Source: Camelus ferus (Eukaryota). From it: DNA of 64,000 nucleotides. The notes below the pieces were generated by a model that made no database searches, had not been told where the DNA came from, and worked only from the letters and a program-made list of their open reading frames with translations. Both the position numbers and the translations under genes were made by a program. The stretch lies in contig NC_045702.1 in the NCBI RefSeq assembly GCF_009834535.1, forward strand, positions 1,612,001 through 1,676,000, in the 5' to 3' direction. Below are positions 36,600-48,435 of the stretch, one piece after another; position 1 is the first letter of the stretch, and every line of letters starts with the position of its first letter.

Positions 36600-39060
36600 G
36601 TTTTAACAGAAATTAAAACCATATGCTAAAGGGTGCGAAGAACAGAAGAGACCAGGGTACTCAGAAAGGAGCTGCAGTCAGCAAGCAATAGTCACACTTG
36701 GCTGTGGGCTAAAGCAGAGCTTGGGTCCTGATAGTTGAGAGCTGGTGAATGCTTGCAAGTGTCCACCGGGGCACAAGTACCGAGTCACCTCACGCAGAAC
36801 CAGATCCTGCCTGTCTAGATCCACTGTCACCAGAAGCAGAAGATGATAAAGAAAAAAGCAGGACAAAAACTCCTGGGTATGTAAAGGTGAGCAGGGACCC
36901 AAAGATGACCAGACATTTGGGAAAAGCCAACATTGTGAGAGGGACCAAATTTGATGTACTATTCAAGTTAATAGACAAAGAGAAGATTTCAGAGACATTT
37001 GAAAATATTTGATCTAGCATTTTAGACTGCTTTTTGGCAGAAGGAATTAAAGATGTCTTGTCCTCAGTGTTGCCAGAAATGAAAGTTCTCCTGAGTCATT
37101 CTGATAAAAAAAATCAAGTCCATACAGTTTCTAGGATATTTCTACCAGCCTTTAAGGAATAGATAACTCTAATTTCAACAAATTTTTCTGGAGATTTGAA
37201 GATGGAACACTCACAATTGCATTTTTATGGGACTAGTATAGTCTTGATGCTGAAAGCAGAAAAGGATAGTATGAGGAAGGAACATTATATGCCATTCTTT
37301 TTCATGAATACTTGCCAACCAAAAAATATGAAGCTGAATCCAACTACGCACATGAAAGATCATCATCAAAAGCATTTTATTTCAGCCACCAGGGTTGGTT
37401 AACATTAGAAAATCTGTATCTTGTTAGCAGAGTAAATGAGAGAAAAGAATTTAGTGAGCACCTCAGAAGAGACTCAGAGCACATCCCTGAGGTCAGGGAC
37501 CGTTCAGGATCAGAAAGCACAGTGAGACTGAGAGGGAGTGCTCTCGACCTGGCCGTGCACATCCACCCAAAGCCTGCAACTGACATTGTTCTCAGTAGTA
37601 AAATGTTAGAAGTATTCACTTTAAAATTGCAATCCTATATCGAGTACTTTTATTTCTAATAATAGACAACACTGTAGTAGATTTCTTAACCAGTACAATT
37701 AGAAAAGAAAAGAAAAATTGAAAGGAACAAACAAAATAGTAATGATTAACAGATAATACTGTCTCTTGACAAATCCTATATATAGAATCTAAATTATCAA
37801 TTCAAATAGGAAAATTTAGCAAGGAAGCTGGATAGAGAATTAATACAGAAAAACCAATAAATAACAGCAACAAACAGAAAATCTAATTATAAATACCTTT
37901 TATAATAGCAAGGCAGCCTAAGGTATATTGAAATAAACTCAACAAGTGATTTCTAAAACCTTCTTGAAATAATATATGGAAACAAAAAAAATCTTATTTA
38001 AAGATGTTAAGAAGGCCTAGATAAATGGATAGATATTCAATGTTTATTAATTTCTTTATATGGTAAAAATATCAGTTTTCAAATTATTTTTTAAAGTCAA
38101 TGCAGTTCTAATAAAATTTCTGAAAGGTTATCTATGACATGTGACAAGGAGATAGTAAAATTCTTATGGAATGGCAGAGAGCCAAGAAAAGCCAAAGCAG
38201 TTTTGAAGAACATGGTGATGGAACTTACTCTGTCAAATANNNNNNNNNNNNNNNNNNNNNNNNNNNNNNNNNNNNNNNNNNNNNNNNNNNNNNNNNNNNN
38301 NNNNNNNNNNNNNNNNNNNNNNNNNNNNNNNNNNNNNNNNNNNNNNNNNNNNNNNNNNNNNNNNNNNAGATACTTTTCTCCACACCCATTAAGGGGGTTT
38401 ACTGGGGGAAAAAAACTCATAAAGTTACAAGTATTGATGAAGATATTGAGAAATTGGAACTCTTGTATACTGTTGGTCAGAACATAAAATGGTGTAACCA
38501 CTGTGGAAAACAGTATAGTGGTTGCTCAAAAAATTAAAAATAGAGTTACCATATGATCCAGAAACTCCACTCTGGGTATGGACACAAAAGAATCGAAAGC
38601 TAGGACTCCACAGATATTTCTACACCCGTTTTCGTGGCAGGATTATTTACAGCAGCCAAAGGTGGAAACAACTCAAGCATCCATCAGTGGATTAATAGAT
38701 AAAATACGGTATGTATATACAGTGGAATACTGTTTAGCATTAACAAGGAAGGAGATTCTGACACGCTACAGCCTGGACGATCCTAGAGAGCTTGTGGTCA
38801 AACACCACAAGACAAATACTGTATGATTCGGATTCATGGAGACAGTAGACGGGGGGTGTCCAGGGCTGGGCGTTAAGTGTGGAGTTACTGTTTAGTAGTG
38901 CAGAGTTCAAGTTGGAGAATATAAAAAGTTCTAGAGGCGGGTGGTGGTGGTGATCGCCCAACTGTGTGAATGTACTTAATGCCACAGAACTGTACGCTTA
39001 AAAATGCTTAATGGTACATTTTATGTTTTACGTATTTTACCATAAGAAAAAAAAGTAAAT
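36600..39060 (+). mobile_element. Old L1 fragments (ORF1/ORF2 remnants plus an L1MB-like 3' end at ~38410-39060)
   Basis: IVKFLWNGREPRKAKAVLK, DEDIEKLELLYTVGQNIKWCNHCGKQ and 3' UTR GTACTTAATGCCACAGAACTGTACGCTTAAAAATG. Confidence 0.8.
38240..38367. other. Gap of 128 N inside an old L1
   Basis: Run of n directly visible, with L1 ORF2-like sequence on both sides. Confidence 0.98.
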
Positions 39061-39224
39061 AAATGACAAACGCAGCAGTTCAGGTTGGTGGTTACCTTTG
39101 GGCAGGTTGGTGAGGCGGGTGTGTGTGGTGGGTAGGGCCACATGGGTGCACAGTGGTTGTGGCGATGTTCCTTTGAGTGGTGTATCCACAGGTATTTAAT
39201 AGACATGCAAAGTGCAACAGTGTA

Positions 39225-41975
39225 CAGACAGACACCTCAGAGATATTGTGGGCTTGGTTCCAGACCACCGCAATAAAATGATTATTGCAATGAAGTGAGG
39301 CACGTGATTTTTTTGGTTTCCCAGAACCTATAAAAGTTATGATTACACTGTACTGCAGTCTATTAAATGTGCAATAGCATTGTGTCTAAAAAACAGTGTG
39401 CATACCTTAATCAAAAAGTACTTCGTTGCTAAAAAATGCTAACCATCGTCTGAGCCTTCAGTGAGGTGGCGTCTTTGTGCTGGCGAGAGCCTTGCCTCGG
39501 TGTTGATGGCTGCTGACTGATAAGGGTGTCTGTTGCTGAAGGCTGGGTGGCTGTGGCAATTTCTTAAAATAAGACACTATGAAGTTTGCAGCATTAATGG
39601 ACTCTTCCTTTCGGGAACAACTTCTCTGTAGCAGGCAGTGCTGTTTGACAGCCTTTCAACCACGGTAGAACTTCTTTCAAAATTGGACTCAATCCCCTCG
39701 GACCTTGCCACTGCCCTGTCAGCTAAGGTTCTGTCACACCCTAAACACTTTGTTGTCATCGGGACACCGTCACAGCGCCTTCACCAGGAGAGGATTCCGT
39801 CTCAGGAAACCACCTGCTCTGCTCACCCTTTTCCGTGCACGTTTACCGTGAGGCTGCAGCAGTTCAGCCCCAGCTTCAGGCCCCACGTCTAATCCCAGTT
39901 CTGCCGCTGTTTCCACCACGTCCGCAGTTCCTCCCTGCACTGAGGTCTTGAACCCCCCGAAGTCCGCGAGGGTTAGAGTCCACTTCTCCCGACTCCTGTT
40001 AGTGTCGATGCTTTGCCCTCGTCTCATGAGTCTTGAGTGTTCTTAATTGCATCTGGAATGGTGAATCCCTTCCAGAAGGCTTTCGTTCCTTCTCCCAGAC
40101 CCATCCGAGGAATCAGTCTATGGTAGCTACAGCCTTACAAAGTATGTTTCTTCTATAGTAAGACTTGATAGCTATCTTGATTGTGTGGTGGTTTCATAGG
40201 TGTATACATCTCTCAAAGTTCGTTGAATTGTACATCTGAAATATGTGTAGTTACTGTGCAGGAATCATACCACAATAAAGGTGTTAAAAAATAAGCAGCG
40301 GTTTTGGAAAGGAATCTTTTTTTTCGGAGCAGTGGGTCTCAATAGTGGGTGGAAAATATTCAGTAACCACGCTGTAAACGGGTGTGCTGTCCCCCAGGCT
40401 TTGTTCCGTTTACAGAGCGCCAGCAGAGTAGCTTTAGCGTCATTCTTAAGGGCCCTGGGGTTTTTGAAATGGTAAATGAGCACTGGCTTCAACTGAAGTC
40501 ACCTGTCCTTTGAAGCTTTGAAGCCAGGTGTTAAATTCTCTCTGGTGTGAAAGTCCTAGACGGCATCTTCTTTCATTATGAGGCTGTCTTGTCTGTGTGG
40601 AAGCCTGTCGTTCCGTGGCCCACCTGCGCTAACTGACTGTCTTGGGCAGCTTCTGGAGAGCCTGCTCAGCTCCTGCCGCAGCTCCTGCCGCGTCACCTGC
40701 TCTTTGGCATTACTGAGACGCAGTCTTTCCTTAAGCCTCAGGGACCGACCTCTGCTGCTTCAGACTTTTCTTCTGCAGCGTCCTCACCTCCCCCGGCCGT
40801 CATGGAACTGAAGAGGGTCAGGGCCTTGCTCTGGATGGGGTTTGGCTGAAGGCAGTGTTGTGGCTGGCAGATCTCCTCTGCAGACGCTAAAGCTGCCTCC
40901 ACGACAGCAGTAAGGCTGTTTCCTTCTTACTATTCTTGTGTTCACCGGAGCAGCCCTTTCCATTTCCTTCAGGAACTTTTGTTTTGCCTTCACACCTTGA
41001 CTGTTTGGTGCGGGAGACCCAGCTTTCAGCCTCTCAGCTTTCCACGTTTCTTCCTCACTGAGCTGCATCGTTTCTAGTTATTTTTTGTTTTAATTGAAGT
41101 GTAGTTGATTTGCAATGTTGTGTTAGTCTCTGGTGTACAGCACAGTGATTCAGTTTTACATCTGTATATTCTTCTCCATATTTTCTTCATCATAGGCCAT
41201 CAGAAGATAGTGAATTCAGCTCCCTGTGCTGTACGGCAGGCCCTTGCTGTTTATCTGTTTTATATATAGTAGTTGGTATCTCCAAATCCCGAGCTCCTAA
41301 TTTATCCCTCCCTACCACATTTCCTCCTGGTAAGCATAAGTTTGTTTTCTTTGTCTGTGAATCTGTCTCTCTTTTGTAAATAAGTTCATTTGTGTCATTT
41401 TTTAAGATTCCACGTGAGAGTGATACCATACGGTATTTGTCTTCCTCTGCCTGATGGATTTCACTTAGTGTGACGATTTCAGTCCGTCCGTGTTGCCGCA
41501 TCACTTCTAGCTTTTGATTTAAAGTGAGAGATGTGTGACTCATCCTTTCGCTTGAATGCTTGGAGGCCCTTGTCGGGGAGTTAACTGGCCTGATGTCAAT
41601 ACTGTTGTGGTCAGGGGGTAGGGAGGCCCGAAGAGGGGGAGAAAGATGGGGGAACAGCCGATAGGTGGGGCCGTCAGGAACACCCACAACATGTATTGAA
41701 TAAGTCCGCCATCTTAGATAGGTGCGATCATGATGCCCAGACGGTCCCAGTAGTGAGATCACAGGCCACTCATCACAGGTCACCATAGCAAATATGATAA
41801 CGGATGAAGAAGTTTGAAATACTGTGGGAATTCCCAAAATGTGACAGAGAGACACAGAGTGAACAAACACCGTTGGGAAAATGGCCCTGATTGACTTGCC
41901 ACAGACTTTCAATTGGCAAAAAAATGCAGGTATCTGCGAAGTGCAGTCAAGTGAAGGTCAGTAAAACGAAGCAGG
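39225..41975 (-). mobile_element. Tigger1 DNA transposon, near full length, interrupted by two L1 fragments
   Basis: One terminus CAGAC...CCTCAGAGATATTGTGGGCTTGGTTCCAGACCACCGCAATAAA, the other ending AAAACGAAGCAGG. Transposase remnants: KPVLIYHFKNPRALKNDAKATL...KAWGTAHPFTAW and ASKHSSERMSHTSLTLNQKLE. Confidence 0.92.
41078..41497 (-). mobile_element. Younger L1 3' end nested in Tigger1
   Basis: ttttaattgaagtgtagttgatttgcaatgttgtgttagtctctggtgtacagcacagtgattcag. Flanks gcatcgtttctag (41065-41077) and gcatcacttctag (41498-41510). Confidence 0.85.
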
Positions 41976-44566
41976 TCAAACTCAGTACGTAAGAGCAGAA
42001 AGGGAAAAGGTGGTTTATTTCTTGGGGATGGTCTCATGTTAACCAAACTTATGTGAAACACCAAAATGTCAATTTACTGATTTTTAATGGAAAACTGGGA
42101 AATACTCATGCATGGGTGTACGCCTCCCCTCACAAAGTAGCTGTTACCGAGAGCTGGTGGGCTGTGGACGTCAGGGTGGGACGGGCCCAGCGCCGCCGAC
42201 GGGCTGTTGGTCTGGATTCAGAGCAGACGGCCTAAAGCGTTGTGTGCGTGTTTCCTGCTTAGTTCACTGTCAGAAGGGTAGCTTGTCTGCGGTGTTTTGG
42301 AATTCTTAGTCCTTTTTGTGTAAATGCACTCTTTGCTACATAAACAGTAAGACACTATTACCTAAATTATGAGGAATTGCTTTTATGCTATGTTCTGCTC
42401 CTTAATGTCTTGTACATTTTGCTGTGGTGATGTAGTAAGTAATAACCCTTATGATCTTTCTTCTGTTGTGTCTGTCTTGAGCTCGTGCCTGGGTGCTTTA
42501 GGAGAGGCAAGGTAAGGTACTGGCAGCAGTGTGCTCTTATAGGAGTGAGTGTTTGACCTCAGCCAGAGTGTGCTATTATGGAACTGAAAACTAATGTTCC
42601 AGTAGAAGAAATGTTTGTGCATTTTGCTTTAGTTCCTTTACTAAAACTAGAGATTGTCTTGATTATGTTTTAAGCATTCTCCTCCACCTACTATTTCCAT
42701 ATCCGTTTGTCTTTTTATGTCTTATTTCTGTCGTATGGGGAGGTAGAAAGCGCAGGCTCCAAGAGCTGGTAGACCTGGAGTGAGAGAGAGTGTCTGGCAG
42801 GCCTCAGACAGGGCGACCACGGGCAGGTTATCTACCCGATCTTGGGTGTGAGCCTTCTTGTTGATAATACATTTTCCTTTATTGTGAATATTCAATCAGC
42901 ACATACAAAGCAGCTATGTAGTAGGAGCTTTGCAAATGTTAGTTCTTATCTCTTCCATCAAGTTTATAACTAAAGAATTATTAGCATGGAATTAGAAGAA
43001 AAGATCTGACTTGCTGACCATTAAATTGTCTTGATGTGATGCAGTGTACTGAAAATTGTTTTTTTCCCACATCTAGAATTTTGTTTAAACATTTTGATAT
43101 AAAGTCCCTGTAGTCTTTCTACAATTTAGTTCTTTCATGTACATGTTGGAAAGTTGTTGTATTAATTTATTTACTTGCAACCTGGAGGATTTTGCTTGAT
43201 ATCATGAGAAATTTCTGCCCATAAATTTAAATACGGTGACCATCTTATTTAGTTCAGTGAACTGGCAATGTTAGTGTTATTATTTTAAATTATCCTAAAG
43301 TACTTTCTTTTTGTCAAGTTTTAATAACTTGAGAATATTATATTTTTAGTTTTTCTATTTTCAATAACTGTATTAAATAAATACATATATACATATGAGA
43401 TAGACTGCAGAAAATATTAATATTAAAAAACATTTCACTATAGAGCTTAGCAACACTTTCTGTAAAGCTGTTTTCTTTGACGTGGGACCCAGACTCTTTT
43501 TGTCTCTGGTTCTAATGATTCCTTTGGGAGCTAAGGGGGAAATGTGTGGCACTCTAGGATGCCTGTTTGTAGTTTTTTCATGGTTTAAAATAATTAGCAC
43601 CTGCCTTTATTTTCTGTTCTTTATTAGCGCTTCTATCGATCTTCCCCAGATGACTGCATGTATGTTTGGTGCAGTCTTGATGTCATTCTGAGCAAACCTT
43701 ATCTTAATGTTACTAAGAGACCCTTTTTGTTAAACGGAAACAATGGCTTGATATTTATTTTAAATGTTCCGTGAATGTAGAAATTTTTCCCAGGCTTTCC
43801 TGATGGGTGGAGGCATAGTATATAAAATGGTGTTTACATACCTTCCAGGAGGTCAAGATGTCCATGCAAAATCTTGTTTAAATGTTCATCACCATAGAAA
43901 CATATCAGCTTATTGTTAGAGCTTTTGTAAATATACTGTAATTTTCACTTCATTGATGTTCAGTACAGAGCAGTTAATGTGTAATTGGCCAGTGCAGAAA
44001 TTTCAAGAAGCAATTGTATCATAACTATTTTAGTGTTTTAGACTTTACTTATTTAAATCTAAAAGAAATCTGAGTCTCCATGGGTTTAGCTTCTACTAGC
44101 TTATTTAATCTAATTTAAATTGTTATAATGTTGAGATAGTTGTAATTTCCAAAATAATAATGGTATGAAACTAATGTAGTTAACTATATAGCATATGCTT
44201 CTTAAAAACAATACGATGTTTCCTTGGCAGAAAGAAAGTACTTTATTTTGATGGTGTTTTCTATTGAAACACTTGAGTGCTTATTACACTATGATTTTAA
44301 TAAAAGGGGTGGAATCACAGATTTATGTTTTGGGGGAGGGTTAGGACAATTACTCTTACGGGAGATAAAAATATTATGAAGTTCATGAAACCCTATTGCT
44401 GTATGGCTTAGTAGAAGCCTTCAAAACTATGTGAAGCAAGTACAACTGTTGGTAAGTAGTTCTCATAGTTCTGTGATCTTGTGTTCAGGAGACTTTTCTT
44501 ACTTTTTAAGATGAACAATGGGAACCTTCTTCCACTGACAATGTTTCGCCACTTTGTCGTTTGCAG

Positions 44567-44575
44567 GGTATTTCA
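44567..44575 (+). CDS. LMBR1: Candidate 9-nt in-frame LMBR1 microexon (GGT ATT TCA = Gly-Ile-Ser)
   Basis: ctgac branch point (44535-44539), pyrimidine tract, tttgcag|GGTATTTCA|gtaagt. Phase 0 matches intron 5. Confidence 0.55.
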
Positions 44576-45731
44576 GTAAGTTATTCTGACATCTGGTACA
44601 TCTTTTAGCTCAATGTATGCAAGAATGGACCCTCCCCTTGGGGCTTCCTAGCTCCCGATTGTGACTCTTAATGGTAAAATGAGCAGTAGGCATATTTTTG
44701 CTTATACTGTCCTGCTGGTGATTAATGGTAGTGATAAAAGCTCTCACAGTGCTTTTCGTTACTTTGCAGACAGAACCACGTACAAAAGTTTAAAAACCTC
44801 ACACAGTACATGCCACAAAGCCTGTGGCTTTAGGCTTTGTAGTATTTTAATGGTCTCAAGAAAGGTAGTGATAACAGTTCACATATTTTGGGCATGCATA
44901 TGAACCAGTTGATGCTAAATTAACAAGGGAAGTTCATTTGTTTTATCTGATTATTTATAGTCCCATCACTGTTCTTCTCTTTGTTTTAAAGTTGTTGAAG
45001 GTAAAAAATCTGCCGCATTGCCCCAGTGAACAGCCTTGCTACATTTCTCTATTGGTTTTGCTAAAGCTTATAAATGTGATACTTAATTGATTTGGAGTTG
45101 TGCTGATTTTGTCCCATATAATCACAAAAAGAGAATAAAATTAACAAAGGGAAACACAGCTGTCCTAGCCTTCTAGTGGATTAAGTCGGAACAATGGTTG
45201 TTTCTGACCACATCAGTTATCTTCGATACTTCATAGACAGATATGATCATACTCTGTAATGCTGATGGCTTGCTCTGTGGCGGCCTTTTCTGTAGGTGTA
45301 GTCCTGATGTACTCTCTTTTATTTAGATTGATGGCTGAAAATGAGCAGATTTCTTTGCATGAGTGATTTACTGTCTTTCAAAAGAAATGTTGATCCATTT
45401 GAAATAAATGTTGAAGAGTTCATGTGCCTTGACTACAGAGGTGGTTTTTTTTGGTTAAATGTTTCTTATTTGGCTGCTTAAGCATGTAAATGTACATTTT
45501 AGACATTTCTTCTTGATACTATTCATATATTTGTAATAGAAGAAGTGCCTTGGAATTATATAGCTTGCTTCTTTTTAGAAAGACTGTTCACATGTAATTT
45601 TTAATCACATAAGAGATTTATTTGGGGGGGCTTAGTTTGTAAGTAAATGTGAATGAATATATGGATGTTTAGCCTTATTGTCACTTTTAGACAGGATAAT
45701 ACTTAGGGTGCACTTTAAATACTATCTTTTT

Positions 45732-45805
45732 TTTTAACTTTTTTTTTATTGATTTACAATCATTTTACAATGTTGTGTCAAATTCCAGTGTAGAGCACAA
45801 TTTTT
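45732..45805 (-). mobile_element. Ultra-short L1 3'-tail insertion with 12-bp TSD
   Basis: ttttttattgatttacaatcattttacaatgttgtgtcaaattccagtgtagagcacaa flanked by tactatcttttt at 45720-45731 and 45806-45817. Confidence 0.8.
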
Positions 45806-46084
45806 TACTATCTTTTTCTTAATTAGGGAATGTACTTTTTCTTTATGTAAACATAAAGGAGTAATTTTTAAATTTAATTGTAGATTTTCTCTTTTTGACA
45901 TAAATGCTACTTACAAACACTTAAGAAAGAGCTATATAGCATGTTAAATGAGGCGGTTGCTTTAACCAAGGTGTTGTTCAAAGAATTTTATATCAAGATT
46001 AAATTTAGGGAAATGACCAGAAAGTACTTGAGAGTACAGAGAGTACTTACGTCAGGTTTTGTTTTTGTCGGAAGCAGACTGTTA

Positions 46085-46292
46085 GTAGTCTACTCTGACT
46101 AGTGTGGTAACTGTTAGCCATATGTGGCTATACAAATTTAAACTAACTGAAGTTCAATAAAATTAAAAAATCTGCTCTTCAGTTAGAGTAGCTGTGTTCT
46201 AAGTGCCCCGTAAACAGCGATGGCTGTCAGCTGTCTCAGTGGATGGCACAGGATGGGGCATTTCCATCAGTACGGAAATGTGTTGACAGTAC
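46085..46292. mobile_element. MER3-like hAT-Charlie element
   Basis: TAGCCATATGTGGCTATACAAATTTAAA...AATTAAAAAATCTGCTCTTCAG...CATTTCCATCA. Confidence 0.7.
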
Positions 46293-46399
46293 TAATCACA
46301 CATAATTTGTTTTCTCTCCTCTGTATTTATTTTACACACTCTCCAAACAGCAGAAGAATAGCAGGGCCCACCTTTAAGGATATACTTGTGTAGCACCTC

Positions 46400-48190
46400 G
46401 GTTGGTTGGAGAGCGGTGCTAATGAGATTGGGGTTTTATTATTTGTTGTTGCATTAATGCATCGGTTTCCTAGTTGCAGGCCTGTACCTCTGTTAGCAAG
46501 GTGTGACAGAGTGACGTGATCAAATTTGCATTTTGAGGAGACCACATGCTCACTGCGATGTGGGTGGCAGGTCAGAAAGGGAGGGGTGCGGAGGACTACT
46601 AGCTGGGAGGCTGGGGGTCGCCCAGGCCAGGTGGGCACAGCGGGCGGCAGTGGAAAGGGAAGGGGGTGAACTAGAGTTGTGATGACTTGGGGGAATCGAA
46701 AGGGCTTGGTGTTTGACAGGACCAGGGTCCAGGGATGTGTGTGTGTGTTTTGGGGAGGGGTAGGTGTAGCAGGGAAGGGCTGATGAGAATATTTCCACAG
46801 TGTCTGGCAAAACCAACAAAGTGAATAATGGTGCCATTTATTGAGGAGGAGCAGGTGTAGGGGATGAAATAATGAATTAGATTAAAAAAAAAAATTTTTC
46901 CCCTTACCAGAGGCACTGGGGATTGAACCCAGGGCCTTGTGCTTGCCAAGCGCATGCTCCACCACTGAGCTATAACCCCCACCCCAAGTTTGATTTTAGT
47001 ATTCATTTTAAGGTACCTGTGATATCTAAGGGGGAGATAGCTGTTGGGGAATATGGATCTTGGCCTCAGTGGCGAGATTTGGACTAAAGGTGTAAACTTG
47101 AGAGTCGTTGGCCACATGAGGAGTCAAGACCATCTAGGGAAGAAGAGAGCAGTCTGTCTGGTGGACCATCTTCATCAGAATTGACCGAGTGCCCCTTTGG
47201 GCTGGTACTCAGGAACTGACAAGCCCCTGCTAAGTCCATTGCATGCTGACGTTCAAGAAGCACTGATACAGCCTGCGAAAGGACGAACGTCTAAGACTGA
47301 GCCACGGGAGAAACGGGACCTTCACAGACTGAGAGAACTGTGAATGGATACAGAGAGACCCAGGGCTGGGGGAAGGGCACTGTGGGGACCGCAGGCTGCC
47401 TGGCTCTGTCTCACTGAGGGAGAGGTCAGGTCGGCGGTCGTGGAAGAACTCAGGCATGAGATTGGGATCAAGGAGAATGGAAAACACGTCCAGGCCTCAG
47501 AGGGAATCGTAGTCAGCGGAGATCAGTATAAGGATCGCCGTGTGGCACTGAAGGCCCGCTTTAGGATGTAGGAGCAAAACTTCTCGTGGTTTTGTACATT
47601 TCTTCAACAGTGCTGAGAATTTGGAGTGAGCGACCAGTGGCGTTAAGCTGGTGGTGGAAGTTAAAGGGACCAGGAATACTGGAATATTACTGATACTGAA
47701 TCAGGATTAGAATATTGCAGTTCACCATAGGGCTTAGGCAAGTAAAAACAAGACTGACTGGAGGGCAGAGAGGTTCAAGGGAGGAGATAATGACAAGACA
47801 GAGCTCGGTTAGAGGCGGAAAGGTCAGAGGAAGCCGGGAAGTTGTGGGCTGAGGGAGCAGCTCCCAGCATGAGGTCTCAGAGGTGGGCCTGGGAGACGGT
47901 GGGTCCGGTCCGTCCCTGTGCAGGAGGACGTAGTAGATTGAAGGTCGGGCTCATTAGGAGTTTGTCTGGAACTCAGGGTGGCAGGAGATATGAGAACTTG
48001 TTACGAACTGGGTGCTCATATCATCAAGAAAGATGGGGTTATATCTTCTTGGTCTTTACGTGGTAGGTGGCAAAGATGGGAAGAGTGACAAGCTGATATT
48101 AGAAGATGGTATAAAATTAATTGAGAAACACAAATGATATGTGAATTTCCAAGCCTTGGAGATTCCAAACACAAAGGCAACGATTTGCAC
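46400..48190 (+). mobile_element. L2 (LINE-2) fragments
   Basis: Purine-rich, with L2-type phrases GATCAAATTTGCATTTTGAGGAGACCAC, GGTGCCATTTATTGAG and CCAAGCCTTGGAG. Confidence 0.6.
46895..46985 (-). mobile_element. Camelid tRNA-derived SINE (Vic-1-like), second copy
   Basis: The reverse complement reads GGGGTGGGGGTTATAGCTCAGTGGTGGAGCATGCGCTTGGCAAGCACAAGGCCCTGGGTTCAATCCCCAGTGCCTC. Confidence 0.85.
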
Positions 48191-48194
48191 TATT

Positions 48195-48435
48195 ACAGTT
48201 ACCCTCACTAAGCACCAGACATTGAGCTCAGCATGTTGCATATATTAACTCATTTGGTCCTTACGACAACCCCATGAGGTAGGGGTGTTATTAATAAACT
48301 CATTCTACAAAGGAGGAAACTGAGGCACAGTGGTGTTTAGTCATTTGCCCAGAGCTACCAACACCAGTTGGTCCATGACAGAAACAGGATTTGGACTCAA
48401 GCAGTCTGCTCCTAGAGTCGGGGCTCTTAACTAGC
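48195..48435 (-). mobile_element. MIR, near full length
   Basis: CTCATTTGGTCCTTACGACAACCCCATGAGGTAGG...GAGGAAACTGAGGCACAG...GGATTTGGACTCAAGCAGTCTG. Confidence 0.85.

Noticed and set aside
41190-41912. Longest track ORF (240 aa, minus strand)
   Set aside because: It is a chance read-through from the Tigger1 5' region and transposase start into a nested L1 3' UTR. There is no splice or promoter support, so it is not a gene.
45327-45440. Possible 114-nt poison exon (tttag|ATTGATGGCTGA...CAGAG|gtggtt)
   Set aside because: The donor is weak and nothing else supports it. Such AG/GT pairs arise by chance in a 25-kb intron.
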